Assembly: GCF_005696695.1 (NCBI RefSeq)
Contig: NZ_CP040006.1
Location: 870,001 to 902,000, forward strand
DNA: 32,000 bases
Origin: Schaalia odontolytica
GTDB lineage: Bacteria; Actinomycetota; Actinomycetes; Actinomycetales; Actinomycetaceae
Direction of reading: 5' to 3'
In this document: positions 1 to 12,401 of the stretch, piece after piece
Layout of the letters: every line of letters starts with the position of its first letter
How positions within the stretch are numbered: position 1 is the first letter of the stretch
Notes under the pieces: generated by a model
Database searches by the model: none
Seen by the model: only the letters and a program-made list of their open reading frames with translations
What the model was told of the DNA's origin: nothing
Translations under genes and position numbers: made by a program

Positions 1-18
1 CAAATCCGGTTGGGGGTA
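1..18 (+). tRNA. 3' fragment of a tRNA cut by the window edge, probably another tRNA-Glu
   Basis: The sequence caaatccggttgggggta is identical to the T-arm and acceptor 3' half of the complete tRNA-Glu at 40-115. It is followed by cgg, so no CCA is encoded. Confidence 0.6.
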
Positions 19-39
19 CGGATTCATAAGTGAATCAAG

Positions 40-115
40 GCCCCCATCGTCTAGCGGCCTAGGACGACGCCCTCTCACGGCGTTAACACCGGTTCAAATC
101 CGGTTGGGGGTACCA
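40..115 (+). tRNA. tRNA-Glu (anticodon CTC)
   Basis: Folded by hand as a cloverleaf. Acceptor GCCCCCA pairs with TGGGGGT, with G1-U72 as in actinobacterial tRNA-Glu. Anticodon stem is ACGCC/GGCGT with loop CTCTCAC. T-arm is CACCGG-TTCAAAT-CCGGT, discriminator A, encoded CCA. Confidence 0.9.
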
Positions 116-119
116 ATGA

Positions 120-152
120 CCTCGTCACCTGAGCGGTGGCGAGGTTTTTGTT
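120..152 (+). terminator. Rho-independent terminator after the tRNA-Glu cluster
   Basis: A 10-bp stem, cctcgtcacc / ggtggcgagg with one G-U pair, has loop tgagc and is followed by TTTTTGTT. Confidence 0.7.
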
Positions 153-182
153 AACCGATCGGTCCGCGTATTTCCTTGTGCT

Positions 183-210
183 TTGCAGAAAAGTTTCGGA
201 ACTGTTGCAG
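183..210 (+). promoter_or_regulatory. Two direct TTGCAG hexamers upstream of the pullulanase gene; candidate LacI/MalR-type operator
   Basis: TTGCAG occurs at 183-188 and 205-210, 22 nt apart centre to centre. It resembles the CTTGCAG element I recall for Streptomyces MalR/Reg1 sites on starch-utilisation genes. That recollection is not verified. Confidence 0.25.
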
Positions 211-271
211 TGTGTCTAACCTAGGAGCAGCCCCCATGGGAGGGGACCGCTTTTGGACGAGGGAGTCTGTC

Positions 272-4360
<4,089 letters not shown>

Positions 4361-4372
4361 CGGATCGCTACG

Positions 4373-4419
4373 CAAACGGGTGGGCCGGGACGATTCAGTC
4401 GTCCCGGCCCACCCGTTTG
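4373..4419. terminator. Bidirectional terminator hairpin between convergent pulA and the IclR gene
   Basis: A perfect 21-bp stem, caaacgggtgggccgggacga / tcgtcccggcccacccgtttg, has loop ttcag. It lies between the two stop codons. Confidence 0.7.
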
Positions 4420-4438
4420 TCTGCTCTGCGGTCGCAGC

Positions 4439-5176
4439 TTACAGGTCTGCGGCGTCCTCGACGGTGGAGAGGAATTCCGTGAGCCTGTTGGCGGCCGCCA
4501 TGACGGAGGGGCCGTGCTGGCGTCCGGGCTGGCGACCCATGCGCTCGATGGGGCCGGAGATAGACAGGGCGGCCAGGACGCGGCCGGAGGGGCCGCGCAC
4601 GGGGGCGGACACGGAGGCGACGCCCGGCTCTCGCTCGCCCACGGACTGTGCCCAGCCGCGGCGGCGCACCTCGGAGAGCATGGTGGCGTTGAAGGAGGCG
4701 CCGTACAGGCCGCGGTGCAGGCGGTCGGGCTCCTCCCAGGCCAGCAGGACCTGGGCGGCGGAGCCGGCGCTCATGGAGAGCGTGGCACCCACGGGGATCG
4801 AGTCGCGCAGGCCCATCTCGCGTTCGGAGGCGGCCACGCACACGCGGTAGTCGCCCTGGCGGCGGAAGAGCTGGGAGGATTCCTTCGTGTGGTCGCGAAG
4901 AGCCTGAAGGACCGGCATGGAGGCCTGGAGGAGGCGGTCTTCGCCGGCGGCGGAGGAGAGTTCCTGGAGGCGGGGGCCGAGAATAAAACGTCCCTGCATG
5001 TCGCGGGCGACCATGCGGTGATATTCGAGAGCGACGGCCAGTCGATGGGCGGTGGGGCGAGCAAGCCCCGTGCTGGAAACGAGTTGGGCGAGGGTGGCGG
5101 GTCCCGCCTCGAGAGCGCTGAGAACCAACGCAGCCTTATCGAGAACGCCAACGCCACTGGATGTTTGCTCTTCCAT
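4439..5176 (-). CDS. IclR-family transcriptional regulator, divergent from leuCD (LtbR-like arrangement)
   Basis: The N-terminal wHTH reads VLDKAALVLSALEAGPATLAQLVSSTGLARPTAHRLAVALE, followed by an IclR effector domain. The likely start is ATG at 5176 (MEEQTSS...); the longer ORF to 5236 begins with TTG. The position mirrors the Corynebacterium ltbR-leuCD arrangement. Confidence 0.85.
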   Translation of the reverse strand: MEEQTSSGVGVLDKAALVLSALEAGPATLAQLVSSTGLARPTAHRLAVALEYHRMVARDMQGRFILGPRLQELSSAAGEDRLLQASMPVLQALRDHTKESSQLFRRQGDYRVCVAASEREMGLRDSIPVGATLSMSAGSAAQVLLAWEEPDRLHRGLYGASFNATMLSEVRRRGWAQSVGEREPGVASVSAPVRGPSGRVLAALSISGPIERMGRQPGRQHGPSVMAAANRLTEFLSTVEDAADL

Positions 5177-5184
5177 ACAACTAT

Positions 5185-5206
5185 TTAATATCTCAGCTTT
5201 TGAGAT
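5185..5206. promoter_or_regulatory. Overlapping divergent -10 elements plus an inverted repeat; candidate IclR operator
   Basis: TAATAT (+, 5186-5191) overlaps TATTAA (-, 5185-5190), which sits 8 nt before the IclR ATG, so that mRNA is probably leaderless. Inverted repeat ATCTCA-N5-TGAGAT spans 5190-5206. A third TGAGAT half-site lies at 5253-5258. Confidence 0.35.
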
Positions 5207-5347
5207 GGCAAATTGTCGGATAGTGAAACAGGTCAAAGCGGCGTCCGAGACGTGAGATCAGCGGGTCGCTCGGCCGATGAGGCGGTTCCATTGATTGCGA
5301 AGCATGAATGACACCGTGTCTCCAAAGCGGAGAACAGAGGAGGAACA

Positions 5348-6748
5348 ATGAGCGGAACGATGGCAGAAAAGGTGTGGCGCGACCACATCGTGTCCAAGGG
5401 GGAGAACGGCGCCCCCGACCTGCTCTACATCGACCTCCACCTCGTGCACGAAGTGACGAGCCCCCAGGCTTTTGAGGGCCTGCGCCTCGCCGGACGCCAG
5501 GTGCGTCGCCCCGATCTGACGATCGCGACCGAGGACCACAACACGCCCACGATCAATATCGACCAGCCGATCGCGGACATCACGAGCCGCACTCAGATCG
5601 ACACTCTGCGCAAGAACGCCGAGGAGTTCGGCGTGCGCCTGCACTCCCTGGGCGACGCCGACCAGGGCATCGTTCACGTCGTCGGCCCTCAGCTGGGCCT
5701 GACCCAACCCGGCATGACCATCGTGTGCGGCGACTCCCACACCTCCACGCACGGTGCGTTCGGCGCACTGGCCTTCGGCATCGGCACCAGCCAGGTTGAG
5801 CACGTGCTCGCCACCCAGACCCTGCCGATGGTCCCCTTTAAGACCATGGCGATTACCGTCAACGGCTCCCTGCCTGAGGGATCGACGGCCAAGGACATCA
5901 TCCTCGCCGTCATCGCGAAGATCGGCACCGGCGGCGGCCAGGGTTACGTCCTGGAATACCGCGGTCAGGCGATCCGCGAGCTCTCCATGGAGGGCCGTAT
6001 GACGATTTGCAACATGTCGATCGAGGCGGGTGCCCGCGCCGGCATGATCGCCCCCGACCAGACGACCTTCGACTACATCAAGGGCCGCCCCCACGCCCCC
6101 GAGGGCGAGGACTGGGATCGCGCCGTCGAATACTGGTCCTCGCTGGCCTCCGACGAGGACGCCGTCTTCGACGCCGAGGTTATCCTCGAGGCCGCCGACA
6201 TCGAACCCTTCGTCACCTGGGGCACCAACCCGGGCCAGGGCGTGCCGCTGTCCGCGACCGTCCCCGCCCCCGAGGACTTCACCGACGAGACGGCCCGCGC
6301 GGCCGCCGAGCGCGCCCTCGAGTACATGGACCTCAAGGCCGGCACCCCGATGCGCGACATCGCCGTGAACACCGTCTTCATCGGCAGCTGCACCAACGGC
6401 CGCATCGAAGACCTGCGCGCCGCCGCCGGCATCTTCAAGGGCCGCCGCAAGGCCGAGGGCGTGCGCGTCATGGTCGTGCCCGGCTCCGCCCGTGTGCGCC
6501 TCCAGGCCGAGGCCGAGGGCCTCGACAAGATCTTCACCGACTTCGGCGCCGAATGGCGCAACGCCGGTTGCTCCATGTGCCTGGGCATGAACCCCGACAC
6601 GATGAACGCGGGAGACCGTTCGGCCTCCACCTCCAACCGCAACTTCGAAGGCCGCCAGGGCAAGGGCAGCCGTACGCACCTGGTGTCTCCGCTCGTTGCG
6701 GCCGCCACCGCCGTGCGTGGCACCCTGTCCTCCCCGGCCGACCTCTGA
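5348..6748 (+). CDS. leuC: 3-isopropylmalate dehydratase large subunit
   Basis: Full-length aconitase-family large subunit (466 aa) with the Fe-S cysteine motifs CGDSHT, GSCTNGR and CSMCLG. RBS AGAGGAGGAA lies before ATG 5348. Confidence 0.95.
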   Translation: MSGTMAEKVWRDHIVSKGENGAPDLLYIDLHLVHEVTSPQAFEGLRLAGRQVRRPDLTIATEDHNTPTINIDQPIADITSRTQIDTLRKNAEEFGVRLHSLGDADQGIVHVVGPQLGLTQPGMTIVCGDSHTSTHGAFGALAFGIGTSQVEHVLATQTLPMVPFKTMAITVNGSLPEGSTAKDIILAVIAKIGTGGGQGYVLEYRGQAIRELSMEGRMTICNMSIEAGARAGMIAPDQTTFDYIKGRPHAPEGEDWDRAVEYWSSLASDEDAVFDAEVILEAADIEPFVTWGTNPGQGVPLSATVPAPEDFTDETARAAAERALEYMDLKAGTPMRDIAVNTVFIGSCTNGRIEDLRAAAGIFKGRRKAEGVRVMVVPGSARVRLQAEAEGLDKIFTDFGAEWRNAGCSMCLGMNPDTMNAGDRSASTSNRNFEGRQGKGSRTHLVSPLVAAATAVRGTLSSPADL

Positions 6749-6823
6749 GGCCCGCCCTCCGCAACCCGACAGCGGGGGAGGGCCCCGGCCCCGTCCCCCA
6801 CGGAAGAAAAGACTCAACCACCC

Positions 6824-7456
6824 ATGGAAAAGTTCATCACCCACACCGGCATCGGCGTCCCGCTGCGCCGCTCCAACGTTGATACCGACCAGATCATCCC
6901 CGCCGTCTACCTCAAGCGCGTGACCCGTACGGGCTTCGAGGACGCTCTCTTCGCGGCCTGGCGTGGCGACCCGGAGTTCGTCCTCAACCAGGATGCTTAC
7001 AAGAACGGCTCCGTCCTGATCGCGGGCCCCGACTTCGGCACCGGCTCCTCGCGCGAGCACGCCGTGTGGGCCCTCAAGGACTACGGCTTCCGCGTCGTTC
7101 TGGCCCCCAAGTTCGCAGACATTTTCCGCGGAAACTCCGGCAAGCAGGGCCTGGTCACCGGCATCATCTCCCAGGAGGACTGCGAGTCCCTGTGGAAGCT
7201 CCTCGAGGCCGAGCCCGGCACCGAGGTGACCGTCTCCCTGGAGGACAAGACGTGGCGCGCCGGTGCGATCTCGGGCACCTTCCAGATCGACGACTATGTG
7301 CGCTGGACCCTCATGGAGGGCCTCGATGATATCGCCCTGACCTTGCGCCACGAGGACGAGATCGCGGCTTACGAGGCCGCGCGCCCGTCCTTCAAACCGC
7401 GCACGCTCCCGGCGAAATTCTTGCCCAAGGAAGAAGTTGTGTCGGCTCGCGACTGA
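6824..7456 (+). CDS. leuD: 3-isopropylmalate dehydratase small subunit
   Basis: The 210-aa swivel-domain protein ([17 protein letters not shown]) lies directly downstream of leuC. Confidence 0.95.
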   Translation: MEKFITHTGIGVPLRRSNVDTDQIIPAVYLKRVTRTGFEDALFAAWRGDPEFVLNQDAYKNGSVLIAGPDFGTGSSREHAVWALKDYGFRVVLAPKFADIFRGNSGKQGLVTGIISQEDCESLWKLLEAEPGTEVTVSLEDKTWRAGAISGTFQIDDYVRWTLMEGLDDIALTLRHEDEIAAYEAARPSFKPRTLPAKFLPKEEVVSARD

Positions 7457-7469
7457 ACGCACTGCGCAT

Positions 7470-7502
7470 ACTGGCCCCTACCTAGCTAGAGTAGGGGCCA
7501 GT
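7470..7502 (+). terminator. Stem-loop after leuD; terminator-like, without a U-tract
   Basis: A 12-bp perfect stem, actggcccctac / gtaggggccagt, has loop ctagctaga. It sits 14 nt after the leuD stop. Confidence 0.4.
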
Positions 7503-7524
7503 TACGTCATAGTGAGGAGCACTC

Positions 7525-8850
7525 ATGTCATCGATCCTTCAGGTTGAGGGCGGCCATCCGCTGCGCGGTGAGATCACGGTGCGCGGCGCGAAAAACTTCG
7601 TCCCCAAGGCGATGGTTGCGTCGCTGCTCGCCGACACCCCCTCTGAGCTCTACAACGTGCCGCTCATCCGCGACACCGACGTCGTCTCGGACTTGCTGAG
7701 CCTGCACGGCGTCCAGATCGACTTCGATCAGGATCGCGGCACGCTGCGCATGGACCCCTCGAACGTCAAGATCGCCTCGCGCTCTGACATCGATACGCTC
7801 GCGGGCGCCTCGCGTATCCCGATCCTGTTCTGCGGCCCGCTGCTGCACCAGCTGGGTGAGGCCTTCATCCCCGAGCTGGGCGGTTGCGCGATCGGTGGCC
7901 GTCCCATCGACTTCCACCTGGAGACGCTGCGCAAGTTCGGCGCGATCGTCGACAAGCAGCCCGACGGCGTGCACATCAAGCGCCCCGCTACCGGCCTGCA
8001 CGGCGCGATCATTGAGCTGCCCTTCCCGTCCGTGGGCGCGACCGAGCAGACGCTGCTCACGGCCGTGCGCAATGAGGGCATCACGACCCTGAAGGGCGCG
8101 GCCATTGAGCCCGAGATCCTCGACCTCATCAACGTCCTGCAGAAGATGGGCGCCATCATCTCGGTGGACACGGACCGCACGATCCGCATCGAGGGCGTTG
8201 CGAAGCTGAACGGCTACCGTCACACGGCTTTGCCGGATCGCATCGAGGCGGCCTCGTGGGCCGCGGCTGCCCTGGCCACCCGCGGCGACATCTACGTGCG
8301 CGGCGCTCACCAGCCCGATATGACGACGTTCCTCAACACCTTCCGCAAGGTGGGCGGTGCCTTCGATATCGACGCCGACGGCATCCGCTTCTACCACCCG
8401 GGCGAGCCGCTGCACTCGATCGCCCTGGAGACGGCCGTGCACCCGGGCTTCATGACGGACTGGCAGCAACCCCTCGTCGTGGCCCTCACGCAGGCCGAGG
8501 GCCTGTCGATCGTGCACGAGACCGTGTACGAGAACCGTTTCGGCTTCACCGAGGCGCTGCGCAAGATGGGTGCGAACATCCAGGTCTACCGCGAGTGCCT
8601 GGGTGGGACACCCTGCCGCTTTGGCCAGAAGAACTACTACCACTCGGCCGTCATCTCGGGCCCGACCCCGCTGCACAGCGCGGATATCGAGGTTCCGGAC
8701 CTGCGCGGCGGCTTCTCCCACCTGATCGCGGCCCTGGCCGCGTCGGGCACGTCTACCGTGTCGGGTATTGACGTGATTTCGCGCGGCTACGAGCACTTCA
8801 CGCGCAAGCTCCACCAGCTGGACGCTCGCGTGCGCTACCTGGACGCCTGA
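7525..8850 (+). CDS. murA: UDP-N-acetylglucosamine 1-carboxyvinyltransferase
   Basis: The 441-aa EPSP-synthase-fold protein has the N-terminus RGEITVRGAKNFVPK and the active-site loop LGGCAIGGRPIDFH. RBS GAGGAG lies before ATG 7525. Confidence 0.93.
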   Translation: MSSILQVEGGHPLRGEITVRGAKNFVPKAMVASLLADTPSELYNVPLIRDTDVVSDLLSLHGVQIDFDQDRGTLRMDPSNVKIASRSDIDTLAGASRIPILFCGPLLHQLGEAFIPELGGCAIGGRPIDFHLETLRKFGAIVDKQPDGVHIKRPATGLHGAIIELPFPSVGATEQTLLTAVRNEGITTLKGAAIEPEILDLINVLQKMGAIISVDTDRTIRIEGVAKLNGYRHTALPDRIEAASWAAAALATRGDIYVRGAHQPDMTTFLNTFRKVGGAFDIDADGIRFYHPGEPLHSIALETAVHPGFMTDWQQPLVVALTQAEGLSIVHETVYENRFGFTEALRKMGANIQVYRECLGGTPCRFGQKNYYHSAVISGPTPLHSADIEVPDLRGGFSHLIAALAASGTSTVSGIDVISRGYEHFTRKLHQLDARVRYLDA

Positions 8851-8854
8851 GATC

Positions 8855-9799
8855 ATGGCCGCATCGGGCGTGCGCCGCAGCATTTTGTTGCTCGTCTCGT
8901 CGATGTCGGCGGGCGGGCGCAGCGTGCGTCTGGGGCCGCGCATCGTGCGCATCCTGCGCGGCGGCGGCTGGGAGGTCGCGGTTCGCCTGACGACTCCCGG
9001 TGACGACCCGGCGGCGATCGCCGGCGAGGTCGCGTCCGGATCCTTCGTCGCGGCTCTGGGCGGGGACGGGTACCTGGGCGCGGTGGCGCGCGGGTGTCAC
9101 GAGTCCGACGCGATCTTCGTTCCCATGCCGGGCGGGCGCGGCAACGACCTGTGCCGCGCGCTGGGGATTGGCACGGACCCGCTGGTGCGCGCGCGTTCCC
9201 TGGCTCCGCTGGGTTTTTCTTCCGACGAGGCCGGGGCCGACTCCTCGGAGTGGCTGGCCTCCCGGGTGCGTCCCCTGGACGGCATGTGGGTGCGCTCGCG
9301 CGACGGGGTGCGCCTGGCTCTCGGCATCGTCTCGATAGGCCTGGATGCGCGCGCGAATATTCTCGCGAACGAATCCTCTCTCACCTCGGGTCCGCTGGCC
9401 TACGGGTACGGCGCCTTCGCGGCCCTGGCCTCGCACGAACCCACCGAGATCGTGGCGACCGTGGACGGGGTCGAGCGCAACATGAGCGGGTGGATCGCGT
9501 CGGTGTCCAACTCCGGACGTTTCGGCGGCGGCATCACCCTGGTGGACTCCTCGGACATGAGCGACGGCGTCCTCGAGGTGTGCCACGTTGGCCCTCTGTC
9601 GCTGTCTCGCGCCCTGCCGGTGCTCGCCCGCGTCGTCGCCGGACGCGCGAAGGCACACCCGGCCATCGAGGTGGAAAGCGCCCGCGTCGTTTCCTTCGCC
9701 GCCCCCGCAGGCATGATCGCCATGGCGGACGGTGACCGCATCGCCTCGATCCCCTTCACCGTCGATGTCGCCCCCGGGGTCGTATCCGTCCTGGTGTGA
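8855..9799 (+). CDS. Diacylglycerol-kinase-family lipid kinase (YegS/Rv2252-like)
   Basis: DAGK catalytic-domain motifs ALGGDGYLG (GGDG) and PMPGGRGNDLCRALG are present. The start is 4 nt after the murA stop, so it is probably co-transcribed. Confidence 0.8.
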   Translation: MAASGVRRSILLLVSSMSAGGRSVRLGPRIVRILRGGGWEVAVRLTTPGDDPAAIAGEVASGSFVAALGGDGYLGAVARGCHESDAIFVPMPGGRGNDLCRALGIGTDPLVRARSLAPLGFSSDEAGADSSEWLASRVRPLDGMWVRSRDGVRLALGIVSIGLDARANILANESSLTSGPLAYGYGAFAALASHEPTEIVATVDGVERNMSGWIASVSNSGRFGGGITLVDSSDMSDGVLEVCHVGPLSLSRALPVLARVVAGRAKAHPAIEVESARVVSFAAPAGMIAMADGDRIASIPFTVDVAPGVVSVLV

Positions 9800-9849
9800 G
9801 GTCCGTGTGGGCCAGCGCAATGGGGGAGCGGTCCCCGTAGAATGAAGCC

Positions 9850-10623
9850 ATGAGTGCTGTCTCCGGCTTTTACACCTTCGCCAAGGGCGTCCTGACGCCC
9901 ATCATGACGCCCTGGATCAAGTTCACCGTGACGGGCGAAGAGAACCTGCCCGCCGAGGGCGGCTTCCTCCTGGTGCCCAACCACCTGTCCAACGTGGACC
10001 CGCTGTGCCTGTGCTGGTACTTCATGAAGCGCGACACCGCCGTGCGCTTCCTGGCGAAGAAGTCGATGTTCTCCGTCCCGGTCTTCGGCTGGATCATCAA
10101 GGGCATGGGCCTGATCCCCGTCAACCGCGACTCCAACCCCTCGGCGGTCCTGGCACCCACGCGCGAGGCCCTGAAAGCCGGCGAGGTTGTCGGCATCTTC
10201 CCCGAGGGCACTCTCACGCGTGACCCCGACCAGTGGCCGATGGAGTTCAAGTCGGGTGCCGCCCGCCTGGCCCTCGATACGGGCGTGCCCGTCATTCCCG
10301 TCTCGCAGTGGGGGCCGCAGGACATCATGGCCCCCTACAACGCCAAGGGCATTGACATGCGCCCGGGCCGACGCGTCGCCTACCACTTCGGCGAGCCCGT
10401 CGACCTCTCGGACCTCATGAGCCCCGCAGGCTCGGAGGATCACGAGGCCGTCAACGAGGCGACCAAGCGCATCAGCGACGCCGTGCGCGCGGGCGTGGGT
10501 AAGCTGCGTGGACTGCCCGTCCCCGAGCAGGTGTGGGACCCCGCCACGCAGGCCGGCCCCTGGTGGGAAGAAGAGCTCGCGAAGAAGGCCAAGAAGGCGA
10601 AGAAGGCCCGCAAGAAGGGCTAA
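9850..10623 (+). CDS. plsC: 1-acyl-sn-glycerol-3-phosphate acyltransferase
   Basis: Acyltransferase motifs NHLSNVDP (HX4D) and FPEGTLTRD are present. The C-terminus is an unusual lysine-rich tail, AKKAKKAKKARKKG. Confidence 0.88.
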   Translation: MSAVSGFYTFAKGVLTPIMTPWIKFTVTGEENLPAEGGFLLVPNHLSNVDPLCLCWYFMKRDTAVRFLAKKSMFSVPVFGWIIKGMGLIPVNRDSNPSAVLAPTREALKAGEVVGIFPEGTLTRDPDQWPMEFKSGAARLALDTGVPVIPVSQWGPQDIMAPYNAKGIDMRPGRRVAYHFGEPVDLSDLMSPAGSEDHEAVNEATKRISDAVRAGVGKLRGLPVPEQVWDPATQAGPWWEEELAKKAKKAKKARKKG

Positions 10624-11267
10624 TCGCGGATATCGATCACCATGCGCACCGGGTCGGACAAGAATCCGATCTGGAATTGGCGCGAGGTCGGCGCCCCGAT
10701 GACGACGTGCGTGTTGTCCTCGAAGGTACCGTCCGAGACGACGTCCAGGTCGCCAACGCGCGTGTGCGTCCCGCCCGGGTAGGGGGTCTCGGACGCCGTC
10801 ATCGGCGTGCCGTCGATGACCAGATCCAAGACAGCCTCGCCCTCGACGTCGATGGGCAGGCCTCGGCCCTGTTCCACGGCCTCATCCGTCCAGGCGGCAC
10901 GCCACACCCCCGGCGTTCCCTTGCCCGAAAACTCGAGCACGACCCGCGTGAAATCCTCGTGCGTCGCCGCGCGAATCCCCGTCAGCGCCAAAGCCTTCGC
11001 CGGGTCATCCGAGCGCACCGGAGGCAACCCCTCCACGCTCGACATCCAGTTGTCGGCGTTGATCGGCTTGGTTGCGTCCAGACCGGGCTCGGCCGTCGGC
11101 GTTTCCTCCGGCGTCGCGCTCGCGGTCGCAGACGCCGTGGGGGAGGGGGAGCCGCTCGGCGAGGCCGCGGCTGACTGAGACGCGTCCGTTGGTGCTCCGG
11201 GCGCGCACGCACCCAACAGGAGCAGGGAGGCGGCCGCGCTCGCGGCGAGGACTCGACGGTGAGACAC
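10620..11267 (-). CDS. Secreted lipoprotein of unknown function, possibly AMIN-like
   Basis: GTG start is preceded by AGGAGG. The signal peptide carries the lipobox LLLGAC. A Ser/Pro/Ala linker precedes a C-terminal domain, FTRVVLEFSGKGTPGVWRAAW...GEAVLDLVIDG, reminiscent of actinobacterial AMIN-like lipoproteins. Its stop codon overlaps the plsC stop. Confidence 0.7.
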   Translation of the reverse strand: MSHRRVLAASAAASLLLLGACAPGAPTDASQSAAASPSGSPSPTASATASATPEETPTAEPGLDATKPINADNWMSSVEGLPPVRSDDPAKALALTGIRAATHEDFTRVVLEFSGKGTPGVWRAAWTDEAVEQGRGLPIDVEGEAVLDLVIDGTPMTASETPYPGGTHTRVGDLDVVSDGTFEDNTHVVIGAPTSRQFQIGFLSDPVRMVIDIRD

Positions 11268-11331
11268 AGTTCCTCCTGGTGCGGGTCGGTTGTTTCAATC
11301 CTAGTAGAATGGCCTCGACAGGGAGGTCTCG

Positions 11332-12351
11332 ATGAGTATGACAACAGCAGCGGTCCTGGGAACGGGTGCATGGGGAACGACGTTCGCGCAGGTCCTCGCC
11401 GACGCGGGCGTGAGCGTGACGATGTGGGGGCGTAACGCCGACACGATTGCGTTCATCAACGGGGGAGAGAACCCGACGTACCTGCCGGGGATTGCCCTCT
11501 CGGAGCGCATCAGCGCGACCACGGACATCGCCGAGGCCGTCGCTGGTCGCTCTCTCGTCGTCGTCGCCGTGCCCGTCAAGGCCGTGCGTGCCACCCTGAG
11601 CGCCGCGCGCGAGTCTTTCGCCCCCGACGTCGCCCTGCTGTCCCTGGCCAAGGGCCTGGAGCTTGGCTCGCTCAAGCGTGTCGACGAGATCATCGCCGAG
11701 GCCTCGGGCGTGCCGAGTAGCCGCATCGCCGTCCTGTCCGGCCCGAACCTCTCGCGTGAGATCGCGGAGCGCCAGCCCACGGCCACGGTCGTGGCTGCAA
11801 CCGACGTGGAGCTGGCCAAGGAGATCGCGAAGGCCTGCCACAACTCCTACTTCCGCCCCTACGTGTCCACCGACGTCGTGGGTACTGAGATGGCGGGCGC
11901 CACCAAGAACGTCATCGCGGTGGCGATCGGCGCCGCCGAGGGCATGGGCCTGGGCATCAACACGCGCTCGACCCTCATCACCCGCGGCCTGGCGGAAATG
12001 ACGCGCCTGGGCACCGCGCTCGGCGCCGATCCCGTGACCTTTGCGGGCCTGTCGGGCATCGGCGACCTCGTGGCCACCTGCTCCTCGCGCCTGTCGCGTA
12101 ACTTCTCCCTCGGCCACCGCCTGGGCTCCGGTATGGGACTGGCTGAGGCCCTGGCCCTGTCCCCGGGCGTCGTCGAGGGTGTTGCCTCGGCCTCGCCGAT
12201 CCTCCAGGTCGCGGCCTCCGTCGGCGTGGACATGCCGATTACGGGCGCCGTCGTTGAGGTCGTCGAGGGACGCGCGAGTATCGAGGACATGGGGCGCATG
12301 CTGCTCGCACGCCCGCAGAAGATGGACGGCTGGAAGATCGAGCTGGTCTAA
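11332..12351 (+). CDS. gpsA: NAD(P)H-dependent glycerol-3-phosphate dehydrogenase
   Basis: The N-terminal Rossmann motif is AVLGTGAWGTTFA. Motifs GPNLSREIA and GATKNVIAVAIG are also present. RBS GGGAGG lies 5 nt before the ATG. Confidence 0.93.
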   Translation: MSMTTAAVLGTGAWGTTFAQVLADAGVSVTMWGRNADTIAFINGGENPTYLPGIALSERISATTDIAEAVAGRSLVVVAVPVKAVRATLSAARESFAPDVALLSLAKGLELGSLKRVDEIIAEASGVPSSRIAVLSGPNLSREIAERQPTATVVAATDVELAKEIAKACHNSYFRPYVSTDVVGTEMAGATKNVIAVAIGAAEGMGLGINTRSTLITRGLAEMTRLGTALGADPVTFAGLSGIGDLVATCSSRLSRNFSLGHRLGSGMGLAEALALSPGVVEGVASASPILQVAASVGVDMPITGAVVEVVEGRASIEDMGRMLLARPQKMDGWKIELV

Positions 12352-12401
12352 ACGCCGCGCACGCGGGCGTGAAAAGCCTCCCGCGCGGTAGTCTTGGACC
12401 C

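Noticed and set aside
5207-5257. 16-codon ORF (MANCRIVKQVKAASET) upstream of leuC as a possible leucine attenuation leader peptide
   Set aside because: It contains no Leu codons and no obvious terminator/antiterminator pair follows, so it is not a leu leader.
6749-6823. GC-rich imperfect hairpin (gccctccgc...gcgggggagggc) in the 75-nt leuC-leuD spacer as an internal terminator or attenuator
   Set aside because: The stem is bulged, no U-tract follows, and the two subunits must be co-expressed. It is more likely incidental GC-rich structure.
5258-7462. 734-aa ORF antisense to leuC-leuD
   Set aside because: This is the same high-GC artefact. It spans two genes and their intergenic gap and has no recognisable domains.
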